In this document: piece after piece, positions 33,455 to 44,301 of the stretch
Layout: every line of letters begins with the position of its first letter
Position numbering within the stretch: the first letter of the stretch is position 1
Origin: Ascoidea asiatica JCM 7603
Lineage: Eukaryota; Fungi; Ascomycota
NCBI GenBank assembly: GCA_001600695.1
Contig: BCKQ01000017.1
Coordinates: 96,609 to 160,608, forward strand
DNA: 64,000 bases
Direction of reading: 5' to 3'
Notes under the pieces: model-generated
The model's database searches: none
What the model saw: only the letters and a program-made list of their open reading frames with translations
Told to the model about the DNA's origin: nothing
Translations under genes and position numbers: made by a program

Positions 33455-34000
33455 TCAATTTTTCATCAATAATCCATTCTCCTGATAAATAACATCACTT
33501 AATTTATGATCTTCACCATAAGTTGTTGTAAAAAGAGAATTCTCATTTGCATTAAATAAATATTGTAACATAATCTTAATATTATCAACAATTCCTGAAT
33601 TATCTTCATTATTAATCCAATCAATTTTTTTCCAATCTAAGATTCCTTCAACTGTACCCGTTGGAGTATTATAATTTGATTTTGATTCTGGTTTAATTTC
33701 AGCTGTATATAAATACATACCTCGACCATCAAATGGAGCTTTTGATTCCAGATGATACCATTCCATTATTCCTCTTTTTTTAACTTCAAAAAGATCTTTA
33801 CCTGGAATAAGTTCAGTTTCCTCTTGAATTTCCCTTAAAATACAATCATATCCAGTTTCTCCAAGATCTAGTTTCCCTCCAACTCCATTCCATCTTCCCA
33901 TCCAAGGCTTCTTTTGTCTATTCAACAAAAGAATCTCGTCTTTGGTATGTATGAAACAGATTGTATAAGGATATTTCTTCCTGTCTTCCAGTATAGTCAT
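33455..34000 (-). CDS. Nudix hydrolase, MutT/8-oxo-dGTPase-like
   Basis: Nudix box GGKLDLGETGYDCILREIQEETEL; YTICFI, LLLNR.KKPWMG.WNGVGG, EGILDWK. Confidence 0.88.
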   Translation of the reverse strand: MTILEDRKKYPYTICFIHTKDEILLLNRQKKPWMGRWNGVGGKLDLGETGYDCILREIQEETELIPGKDLFEVKKRGIMEWYHLESKAPFDGRGMYLYTAEIKPESKSNYNTPTGTVEGILDWKKIDWINNEDNSGIVDNIKIMLQYLFNANENSLFTTTYGEDHKLSDVIYQENGLLMKN

Positions 34001-34137
34001 TATTTATTTTTATTCTCCAAGTGGTTACCTCAGTCAAAAGTAAAACAGACCAATATTCAATTCATCAATCCATCAACTAATCTACTATCAAATAATAATT
34101 CTGTCTTCTTTCTGTTTTTATACTCATTTTTGCTGAG

Positions 34138-34209
34138 TCGCGTTTTGTGCTCAGTTCTTCAAAAACGCCAAAAATAAAAATAAAAATAAAAAAATAGTGG
34201 AAAACGCGT
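34138..34209. promoter_or_regulatory. MCB-like elements (TCGCGT 34138, ACGCGT 34204) upstream of the Nudix gene
   Basis: Two MCB-type hexamers 140-210 bp upstream of ATG 34000. Confidence 0.45.
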
Positions 34210-34744
34210 AAAAAGCACCAGAAAACACGTTAAAAAAAGGTCAATTTCACAAAATGACACAGAACTTGAAAACCTCTTTTTGACATTTGAACAATTACGA
34301 TTATTATTGAATTGTTTGAATATATTTAGAACAATATCTTGTCAAGCCTATCTTTTGAACATGATTCAAGGAGATTTTTGACTTTTTAAATAAAAATACT
34401 CGAAGCAATTTCAAATATATGCATCTTCGAGCTTCTTTTTTCGAATTTCAAAGTAAAGTTTCAGTAATAACTCGAAAAAAGTTCACTCCAGCCAGCAATT
34501 GTATCTTCTACCAAATTCAATTTCCTATCAAAACTATTGAATTTCCTTAAATCACACCTATTTCAACTGATTTAGTTTGTCTTATAGGTATACATTTTAT
34601 ATAAATGAGTTGCTTTATCTGATTTTTCCCTTATTTTTTCTTATTTGCTTATATATCAATAATATAAACTTCTCTTATTTCCCCAATAATAATTTTATAA
34701 ACATCATTCTCTATATATTTCAATCATATTTCATTAACTTCAAA

Positions 34745-35644
34745 ATGCAACTCAATCAATGGATGAAAGATATTAGTGACGATACTTCAGTATCAAAGAT
34801 TTCAATTGCTGGTACTCATAATGCAGCTGCTTGTCATACTGCTTTACCTTCTGTTCAATGTCAAGGTAAATCAATCACAGAACAATTAAATCATGGTGTT
34901 AGATTTTTAGATATTAGACTTTCTAAAAATATAATTGGTGGTAAAGATAAATTATATGATTTAATTGTAATTCATGGTAAATTTCCAATTAAATTAATTG
35001 GAAACGTTTATTTAAAAGACGTTTTAAAATCCGTTTATGAATTTCTTCAATCAAATAAATCTGAAACTATTATTATTTCCTTAAAACAAGAAGGTTCTGG
35101 TGAATGGGATAATAATTCTGATGAATTTGGTAATTGTATTTGGAATAATTATATTAATAAAGATGATAATAAAAAGTTTTGGTATTTAGGTACTGAAATT
35201 CCAAATTTAAAAGATTCCAGAGGTAAAGCAATTTTATTACGTAGATTTGGTGTCAAAAATCAAGATTTAAAAAATCAATTTGGTATTGAAGCAAGTGTTT
35301 GGAAATATAATACTATTGATGATAATAGAGATAAAGTTAGAGTTCAAGATTTTTGTGAAATTGATGATAATTCAATTTCAAAAAAATCTCAATATATTAA
35401 AGATCATTGTAAAAGAGCTTGTGAATATAATTCAACTAATTCAAATACTCCAAAATTTTTCATTAACTTTTGTTCTGCTTCAAATTTTTTTGATAATAGT
35501 TGTTGGCCAGAAGCTATTTCAACAAAATTAACTGAAGATAAAATTGATGAATGTTTTGGAAAAGGTAGTGGGGTTGTAATTCTTGATTATGCTGAAAAAA
35601 ATGATTGGAAATTAGTCAAAGAATTAGTTAATAAGAATTTTTAA
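34745..35644 (+). CDS. Phosphatidylinositol-specific phospholipase C (bacterial-type PI-PLC X domain)
   Basis: WMKDI.D...SI.GTHN, SVQCQ..I.EQL.HGVRFLDIR, HG, SETIIISLKQEG, RGK.ILLRRF, GVVILDY. True start is probably ATG 34745; the track's extension starts at a TTG. Confidence 0.9.
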   Translation: MQLNQWMKDISDDTSVSKISIAGTHNAAACHTALPSVQCQGKSITEQLNHGVRFLDIRLSKNIIGGKDKLYDLIVIHGKFPIKLIGNVYLKDVLKSVYEFLQSNKSETIIISLKQEGSGEWDNNSDEFGNCIWNNYINKDDNKKFWYLGTEIPNLKDSRGKAILLRRFGVKNQDLKNQFGIEASVWKYNTIDDNRDKVRVQDFCEIDDNSISKKSQYIKDHCKRACEYNSTNSNTPKFFINFCSASNFFDNSCWPEAISTKLTEDKIDECFGKGSGVVILDYAEKNDWKLVKELVNKNF

Positions 35645-36030
35645 TAGCTTTTAATAACTTTTATTATATTAAGTAGTTTACTATTTCTTTAAATGTGTAT
35701 TTTTTTTAGCAAAGATGGAAATTATTTTTTGTTTATTTAATTTTTTATATATTTGGTATATGTATTGTATAAGCGATATTTGTAACATAAAGCAAAAAAA
35801 AAAATTACAAATTTTAGCTAACTTTTGTATTTTTCATCATAATAAACTACCAAACGCAAAGAGCTCAAAAAAGAAAAGAATAATATGTAAAAGAACTTTT
35901 AAAATTGAAATTGAGAAGTAATAAAAAATGTTTAGAATAAATAGAATTTTGCATAAAATAAAGAAAGAAAATAATAAAAAAGCACATGTAGGAAATTTGA
36001 TAGTATAAATTGTTAATCGTTCAAAAGATA

Positions 36031-37869
36031 TTAGAACTGATTATTTAAAAAATTGTTTAAAAAGCTATTCGAATTTAATGAATTCGCTTGATTGTCATCA
36101 AGATTTGAAAGATAAGTATTATCAGCTAATTGATTTGGATCATTTGATGATTGTAATAAAAAATTTGTAGAAAATGAATTTAGAAATATTTGAGGATTTT
36201 TGAAATTATTGAACATTGAAGAAAAATCGGTTAAACTTAAAGAATTATTTTGATTAAAAATATTAGAAAAATCATTTTGATTACAATAATCAATATTTTC
36301 AATCAAACTATTTTGTTCAAATTGATTTTTTGGAGAATTAGTAATATTATGGTAATTTATAATTTGGGGAATAAAATTTAAATTATTAACTAATAATGGT
36401 TGAAGTGTATCATTATAGAAACTAAATTCTAGTGGAAATTGAAAATTATTATAATTTTGGCAAAGTATATTTGAATTATCAATATTGAGTGAGTTCAGTT
36501 GTTCTTGAAGTTGAAAATTCTGAAAATTATTAATATTATCAATATTATCAATATGATTGGAATTTTGAATACTTTGAATTGTATCAATACTTTGGGTATT
36601 ATTATTATTATTATCAATATGCTGAATATTTTGAATATTTTGAAAAGTGTTCAGAGCTCTTTTTGAAATCAAGAATTCTTTTAAATCTTCATCTGAAATT
36701 TCATTTGAGCCTTCATCAAATTCCTCAATCAAAATTTCATTTAAATCTTCTTTGAATTCTTCTATAGGATAATTTATAGGATTAACTTTAGGATAATCTT
36801 TAGTGTCTTTATTTGAAGTTTCTATAAAATCATTCTCATTCAAGTTCTTGATTAAATATTTATCCAAATCTTCATTGGGACCAGGATCAAAGTTCCCAGA
36901 AATAATTAAATCTAAAAAGTTTTCATTTATTTCAGGACTGTTACTTATTATGCTTGTATTGCTTGAAGGTATTATATTATTTAATTTTTCAACTTCTTTA
37001 TCTTTTTTTGAATTTATAACATCTTCTTTTGATTTTAAACTAATTTTTTTGATGTTTTTTTCAATTTTGATAATATCTTTAGAATTAATTGTATTTGTAA
37101 GTTTAGAAGAACTTTTTTTTATAACTTTATTAATTTTAAAGACACTTTTATTTGATAATATTTTTCTATTATTACTTTTTTTTTTAGTTAAATTTTCTCT
37201 AATATCAATATCGGTAAATAAGGAAATTGGAGAAATTTCTTCTTTAATTTTATCCACTTTTTCAGTATATTTTTTACTTGTTAAAATTTCAATAATATAA
37301 GAATCAGATTGAATTAAAGGAAATAAAACAGGAATTGAGATTGAATATGATTTTGAAGTTGAAGTTGAATATTGATATTTGAAAAGTTTGAAAGAAATTT
37401 TAAAAATTCCTCTTCTATTAATACCAAGATGATTAAATTTAAATTGAATTGAATTATTTAATTTATTAAAATTTCCAATAACTAAATTTTTATCATAACC
37501 AACTAAAAAAAATTTTAAAAGAGTATGTTTTGAATTTTCAAAAGATTCAGTCAGTTCAATTTCTGGAATTATAAAAAAAGTTTCTAAAGAATTTTTAGTT
37601 ATATTAATATTATTACTAAATAATTTTAATTCAAGTAATGGCTTTGGAAATAAACATCTAATTTGAGAAGGAATTTTAATTTCAATATTTTTATTATTAT
37701 TAATAGTAGTATTACTATTACTAGTATGAGTAAAAGAATTATTTGATTTGATTGAATAAGATTCTCTACCAATTTTAGGTGGAATTAAAACTTTTAACTG
37801 ATAAGTGACATTTGAAATATTAATACATTCTACAGAATTTACAAATTTTAAAGAATTAGATGAACTCAT
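36031..37869 (-). CDS. Putative transcription factor with divergent N-terminal velvet-like domain and acidic/Asn-Gln tail
   Basis: YQLKVLIPPKIGR, RCLFPKPLLEL, FKFNHLGINRRGIFKISFKLF, SDSYIIEILTSKKY follow velvet motif order; basic region then low-complexity tail. Confidence 0.55.
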   Translation of the reverse strand: MSSSNSLKFVNSVECINISNVTYQLKVLIPPKIGRESYSIKSNNSFTHTSNSNTTINNNKNIEIKIPSQIRCLFPKPLLELKLFSNNINITKNSLETFFIIPEIELTESFENSKHTLLKFFLVGYDKNLVIGNFNKLNNSIQFKFNHLGINRRGIFKISFKLFKYQYSTSTSKSYSISIPVLFPLIQSDSYIIEILTSKKYTEKVDKIKEEISPISLFTDIDIRENLTKKKSNNRKILSNKSVFKINKVIKKSSSKLTNTINSKDIIKIEKNIKKISLKSKEDVINSKKDKEVEKLNNIIPSSNTSIISNSPEINENFLDLIISGNFDPGPNEDLDKYLIKNLNENDFIETSNKDTKDYPKVNPINYPIEEFKEDLNEILIEEFDEGSNEISDEDLKEFLISKRALNTFQNIQNIQHIDNNNNNTQSIDTIQSIQNSNHIDNIDNINNFQNFQLQEQLNSLNIDNSNILCQNYNNFQFPLEFSFYNDTLQPLLVNNLNFIPQIINYHNITNSPKNQFEQNSLIENIDYCNQNDFSNIFNQNNSLSLTDFSSMFNNFKNPQIFLNSFSTNFLLQSSNDPNQLADNTYLSNLDDNQANSLNSNSFLNNFLNNQF

Positions 37870-39377
37870 TTTGATTGATTCAATTTATATAGTTATTTTA
37901 AGAGCATAAGTTATAAAGTAAGATAATAAGTCAGTTAATAAGTCAGTATTTAAATCGTCATCGATCCAGTCAGCAATTAGACTAGTGATTGATGATAATC
38001 AATTGAACGTGTGAATATATGAATATATGAATATATATTTGTTTAAACATTTTTTTACAAGCATAAAGAACAAGGAAATTTGTATTAGTATTTATACAAA
38101 AATCTATTAAATAAAAATTTGATAATTTACCAAAACTGTGTCTGGAATAATAGTTTTAATGAAAAAAAAGATTATGGAAATGGAGATTGGAGAGAATAAT
38201 TTAAATTAAAAATGGACCTAGAATTAGTAAAGATAGATAAAATATTAATAATTATTGAAATTAGGTATTTGGTTGAAAAAAAAGACACAGTTAATTTAGG
38301 AAAAAAGCATACCTGAAATGAAAAATATATAGTAAAATCATTAGTCCTTCACTCATTACTATTCCAAATAGAATACATTAACGATTATATTCATTGGAAT
38401 ATATTAATTTCAATTGTAAGTAAAGCAGATACCCCAAATTTAAGCCCTAAAGTAACCTTTCTCAACCGAGATTTTTTCAAACACCCTTACCTAAAAAAAC
38501 AGAATCTAGCATGCACTTGCCGATACGGCCTTAAAAGCTTAGACTCAGCCGCGGGACACGAGCTCTAAAGAAGGGTCTGAGCTTCTGCAAATGCCGGAGC
38601 TGGGACCGGGGTAAAAAGATTTGGGACAGCGTAAAAGCCCTGTTATCAGGGCTGCACACTAGAGCCCTGGTTTATAAATTCACTGCTGTGGCCTGTGTAC
38701 CACCTTAGGAAGGTCCACCTGTACCCCGCACTCAAGGTCCCTGCCACCAAAAATATTCCTTTTCGGAGTCTCGGCAGACCTTCAGACAGGAGCTCGGCAC
38801 ACGATCCGCACCCACAGCAGTCACGGGGGCTGACTGGCCACTGCCACGCCCTGTGTGTATCTGCTTGCTGACGAGAGACCCAGCGCGCTGGCTCCTCTCT
38901 GCTGCTGCTTTTATGTTCTTATCTCGCTGCCGGCCGTTGTGTATCCGCTAGCAGAATGAAATCTGAATGAAATAAGCATTGAGATCTTTTCGTTACTCTT
39001 TAGCCAGACAGAGAGAGAGAGAGAGATTTAGGATCAGGATTTGCCAGTTTTCACTATGGATGACAATCAAATTCTTTTATATGTTCAAGTTTTAAAATAT
39101 TCCTCTAATTTTGAATATATTCAATTAATAGATACTGTTTTGCATTTATACTCAAAATATTTTCATTACTAATCTCACTTAATAAAATTGACTGATTAAA
39201 ATACTTGAATGGTCTTTGCAAGAAATCTTTTGTCTTTCAATTTCACTTTAAATACAATAGGTTTATTTTCCCTTTTTTTGCTTTCTATTGTTTTTTTTCT
39301 CCTTTCATACTTCTTCTTCATTCAATCTACTAATCATATAACAGTTTCTCCATCTCAATAGAAAGAGTAATATTTAT

Positions 39378-39378
39378 C

Positions 39379-39418
<40 letters not shown>
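39378..39418 (+). repeat. (AAT)n microsatellite
   Basis: Tandem AAT just upstream of ATG 39439. Confidence 0.85.
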
Positions 39419-39420
<2 letters not shown>

Positions 39421-39438
39421 TTATTAATAAAAATAATT

Positions 39439-39883
39439 ATGTCTTTGAATAATATGAAATATCCAGCTTGCTCTCCTCCTTCATATATTCAATCCATTTC
39501 TTCAAATCAAAATATCAATAATTTACCATCATATTCTGAATTTAATGATATTTTACCAGATTATAAACCTTCAATAATTAATTATACTATAATTTATTTA
39601 AAAAATGAATTATCAAACCCTTTTAATAATGATTTATCTTCTTTAAATTCAAATAATTCAATCTCAAATTTACCTTGGAAACCATACCTTTTACAAATTA
39701 ATTCAACTCAATTAAATTTTTATTCTTTTAAAAATAAAAATTTAATATCTTTCTTTAATCATTTTTTTCTTTTATTAGATCAAAATATCATTTCAAATAA
39801 TAATAACAATAACAATAATAATAAATTTAATAGTAAATTCAAAAATAAATTAAATATAAAATTTAAAACTTTACCAAATACTA

Positions 39884-39917
<34 letters not shown>

Positions 39918-40920
39918 CAACAAGAACTTAAATTTAAATGAACTTTTTCAAATATATAATTTATCAAATTTAGAATCAAGTTTAATCTCTTTAATTTTAA
40001 AAAATTCAAATTTATCTTTAATTTCAAATTTAACTTTAAAAAATTTATCACCATTATTATCTTCACCATTATTACCAATTTATTCATATTCTTTACAATA
40101 TTCAAATTTAGGTAAAGCTTCTGATTATTTAATAAAAAATTTTATTTTAAGATTAAGAATTGAATTAAATCAATTATTAATAAAATTTATAAATTTAAAA
40201 TTTTTAATAAATTGGTATAATATAATTAAATGGTCAATAGATATTTCAATTCCAATTGATCAAAGAATTTTAATTAAAGATAATAATTTACCAAGAAGAC
40301 ATTTAATTTTAAATCCATTACCTTTACCAATTCATCAATCTCAATCTCAATTTTTTAATACCAATAATCATCGTCAATCAAATTTAAATACAAATTTAAA
40401 TTCAAATTTAAATTCAAATTTATTTCGTTCAAATTCAAATTCTTCAAATAATTCAAATAATTCAAATAATAGTGAAGATGGTGATATGAATGATTTTGAA
40501 AATTTTGAAGATATTCTTGAATTAGATAATAATATTAACAATAACAATGATTCAAATTCTATAAAATCTTTATCTAATTCAAATTCAAATTCAAATTCAA
40601 AAACTTTATTATCTATAAATTATTTATATGATACTAATTTTGTTGAAAATTTCACTTTATCTTCAATTTTATCAAATATTCATCATAATCAATCACTTGA
40701 AAATCAATCAATAGAAACTTTAAATAATAATCTTCAAAACTTAGATTTAAATAATGATTTTGCAATTGATATAAATGATGATGATGATGATGATGAAGAT
40801 GATGAAGATGAAATCTCAGTTTCAGAAACTTTAAGTTTATCAAATACTAGATCAAATGATTCAATCTCAACTATAGAAGAAGATAATAACAATAGCAATA
40901 ACAATATCAATAATAATACA

Positions 40921-40952
<32 letters not shown>

Positions 40953-41826
40953 GAATAAAGATAAGAATAAAAAATTTGAAAATTTATTTCATCCATTAGA
41001 TTCAAATGCAATTAATGTCAATATAAATAATGATTTATCAATTTATAAAAATGAATTAATTGATTTAATTTATTCATATAAATGTATAAAATCATTAAAA
41101 TCAAAAGATAAATGGATTGGTAAGAATTGTGTAATATCTTTTAATAGTAGTAGTAGTAGTAGTAGTAGTTATGGAAATTCAAAAAAATTAATGAAATTAA
41201 ATAAAATTAATAATTTTGAATTAAATAAAAATGGAGTTAATTTAATTACAATGAATAATGTTAATAAAGAAAATAATAAATTAAATAATAATATGAATGA
41301 TAATGATAATCATTTAAATTTAATATTTATATTTAATTCAGATGTTGATAAATTTATTTTATCTTTTAAAAATGGTAAATTAAATTTTTTAAATGATTAT
41401 AATTTTCATTTAAATAATAAAATTAAAAATTTTAAATTTATAAATTCAACAGATAATTATAGTAATAAAGAAAATGAAAATAATAATAATAAGGAGAATA
41501 ATGATAATGAAAATGAAAATGAAAATGAATTAAGATTAACAAGTTCTAAATCATATTCAACAAAATCTACTGAAATGTATAAAAGTAAGAATAAAAAAAG
41601 ATTCAATCGTCATAGTTTTTCATTTAGTAGTGGTAGTAGTGGTAATGGTAATAGTTTTAAGAAAATTATTGATGATAAGTATATTGATAAAGAAAGAGAA
41701 GAAGTTAATGAAATTAAATATATTAAAGATATTAAAGATGAATTTGAGATTAATAATAAAGATATATTTCATAAAATTGGATTTTGTAAACAATTTATAA
41801 TTTTAGATGAAGGATTAGTTGGATAA
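39439..41826 (+). CDS. Split PH-domain protein (YHR131C/YNL144C-like) with PY motifs
   Basis: PPSY, LPSY, LPDY motifs; WKPYLLQINSTQLNFY; YSLQYSNLGKASDY..K.FILRLRIE..Q; IDISIPIDQR...PRR. Confidence 0.75.
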
Positions 41827-41882
41827 AATGATATAGAATTTATATACAATATAAGATATATATAGTTTAATTTCATTTAATT

Positions 41883-42428
41883 TTATTTAATTTTATTTTT
41901 TTTATTTTCAACTTCTTGTTGTTGAAATTTTTGTCTTAATACATTATCAATACTATTTAAACTTTCAGCTTTTGATTTAATTATATCAGTTAATTGTTCA
42001 CTATCTTTTGATAATTTATCAATTTTAGTTTGAAAAAAGATTTTTGCATCATTTGAATTTTTTTCAATAAAATATCCAGTTCCAATATCACATAAAAATT
42101 TTTTATCATTTTGATTAACACTATTTGAATTTGAATTTAAATTTAAATTTAAATTTAAATTTGAATTTTTTATTATACCAGGTACATATAATGAAGAAGT
42201 TAATGGAACCATAATTTCAGTTTGTTTTACCTGAGATGAAGTATTATTAGTTGGAATAGTTAATTGATTTATATTATTTATACATTCTTTAAATTTTGAT
42301 TGAGCAGTTGATAAAGCTTGTAAAGAAGAACTAAAATGATTTAATTCTTCTTGAATTTGTTGTTTAAATTGTATAATTTGATCCGGAGGTAATTTTGTTA
42401 TATCAACTTTTGTTGTTTTTGAAGCCAT
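41883..42428 (-). CDS. GIM5: Prefoldin subunit 5
   Basis: EELNHFSSSLQAL, IMVPLTSSLYVPG, FLCDIGTGYFIEK. Confidence 0.95.
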   Translation of the reverse strand: MASKTTKVDITKLPPDQIIQFKQQIQEELNHFSSSLQALSTAQSKFKECINNINQLTIPTNNTSSQVKQTEIMVPLTSSLYVPGIIKNSNLNLNLNLNSNSNSVNQNDKKFLCDIGTGYFIEKNSNDAKIFFQTKIDKLSKDSEQLTDIIKSKAESLNSIDNVLRQKFQQQEVENKKNKIK

Positions 42429-43460
42429 TTTAAAAGATAATTGAATAAATAAAATTGAGTGAGATTGAAAGGTTAATCAAAGAACCTTTTGATTAACAAA
42501 TTATCAATTCTATTAAATATAATTTGATATTGAATCTCTTAATCAAACGATAAATAAATATTCAAATGAAATCAATAGAATTCAAATATTCAATATAAAA
42601 AGGAAAACAGCCTTTGATTATTACGTAATGTCTTACAAATGCACGAAGCGCAAAATGAATTTTCAAAAATAATTGGATTTGCGTTGTACAGCGCAGTACC
42701 TTTGTCATGGTTAGTACCACAAATATGGTAAAGCCACCCTCATGGTACTAATGCGCTTATACTTAATAAAACCTACACAAACGCCCACGTGCATGATCTA
42801 TTTTTGGAAACAAGTCACATGCTTGCTTTCATGGCGTGTCAATTTATTGTGTTGCGTGTTGCGTGTTGCGTGCTTCGTGCTTCGTTCCCTTGTTGTCTCT
42901 GGATTGGGAATCTGGGCACGCGAGCCGGCTGCGGTGCCCGCCACCCGTGGTTGCACCTGTTCCGAACGCGGTCAGAGGCTTTTGCCCGATCCGGCGACTC
43001 TGGCTGCTCTGTCGAGGCTCGCTCGAATTCTCCTATTTTTTTTCCACGTCCTGGGCAGAGAATAGTGCTAGCGGTGTTAGCTGTGCTACTGGAGCTAGAA
43101 TGTGACTACAGCTCTAGTTAACTTTGACTTATCTTCCTTTTGATACTGCTCGAAATCTGAATTTGATATTTTGTTGCATTTGAGATTGAACTGGAATTTA
43201 TTCTTATTTTATTCTTATTCCTATTTTATCTTCTTCTCGACAATTGTTTTATTGTCTTTCACTTCATATTCCTTTCATATTCAATTCTTTTTTGACTTTC
43301 TCTCGTTTCCAAAGTTTTCATTCGTTTCTATAAAGTATATAATATTCAACATTACATTACTATATCAGATTCCATTTAAATTATCTTTATATTATCTTTA
43401 GTAATCTTTAATAATCAATTCAACTAAAATCTCAATTTATCAACTTTCTTATTTCTCAGA

Positions 43461-43886
43461 ATGTATGTACTTAATCTTTTACAAGCTGCTTTTGCAACAA
43501 ATATCCTTAATCAAGGTGCTCAACAAACTGAACAAAATCAAGTAGTTGTTGGTTTTACTGAACAAATTCCAGTTGATATTAATGAAATTTCTAATATTAA
43601 ACTTGAAATTTCTGAATCTGAAATTGAATCAAAACAAATTGAATCAATTGAATCAATTGAATTAAAAGATTCTGAAGATTCTATTGAATCTATTGAATCT
43701 ATTGAATCTATTGAATCTAATGAAGATGATCAAATTAATAATTTCTCTTCCGGTAAAGAAATCTTTATTCAAAATAAATCAAATGCTACAAATGATACTT
43801 CTTCAAATGCTGCTAATGGTTTAATCACCTATAATAATGGTGTTGTTGGTATTGCTTTATCTCTTGCTGCTGCTTTACTTTTATAA
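43461..43886 (+). CDS. Small acidic GPI-anchored cell-surface protein
   Basis: (IES)n repeats, N-glycosylation sequons, omega-like SNAAN followed by hydrophobic GIALSLAAALLL; signal peptide is weak. Confidence 0.7.
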   Translation: MYVLNLLQAAFATNILNQGAQQTEQNQVVVGFTEQIPVDINEISNIKLEISESEIESKQIESIESIELKDSEDSIESIESIESIESNEDDQINNFSSGKEIFIQNKSNATNDTSSNAANGLITYNNGVVGIALSLAAALLL

Positions 43887-43916
43887 GTACTTTTATAACA
43901 TACATATAACTATCTA

Positions 43917-43926
43917 TTTATATATA

Positions 43927-43961
<35 letters not shown>
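43917..43961 (+). repeat. (TA)n microsatellite
   Basis: Tandem TA with one interruption, downstream of the GPI gene. Confidence 0.85.
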
Positions 43962-43962
<1 letters not shown>

Positions 43963-44301
43963 AAATATGTATTAAATTAATGTAGCTTTCAAATTTTTCC
44001 CCTTTCTTCAATTAAAAATTATATTTATTCACTTAATTACTTGCCTAATTACTTATTCTTTAATACAATTTACTCTAAATTCACTTCACTTCATTTCATT
44101 TCATTTTAATCCATTTTAATTTCAAATTTAACAAAGAAAATTTAAAAAAAAAAATATTCCGGGAATCCACCTTTACGGGTCTCCTTATTTAGTATATAAT
44201 AAATTAATTTAATTCAATATAATAAATAATAAATAAACGTTTATTATATATTTATTTTACAATTCATTTTCATTCTCATTTCCAATTCAATTAACTTCTT
44301 T

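Noticed and set aside
36803-37300. 165-aa hydrophobic + strand ORF (also 19484-19765, 48717-48950, 50859-51128)
   Set aside because: Antisense to Lys/Asn/Glu-rich genuine genes; typical shadow ORFs.
42711-42751. 9-bp inverted repeat TTAGTACCA/TGGTACTAA as a MITE
   Set aside because: Too short, no target-site duplication and no other copy in the window.
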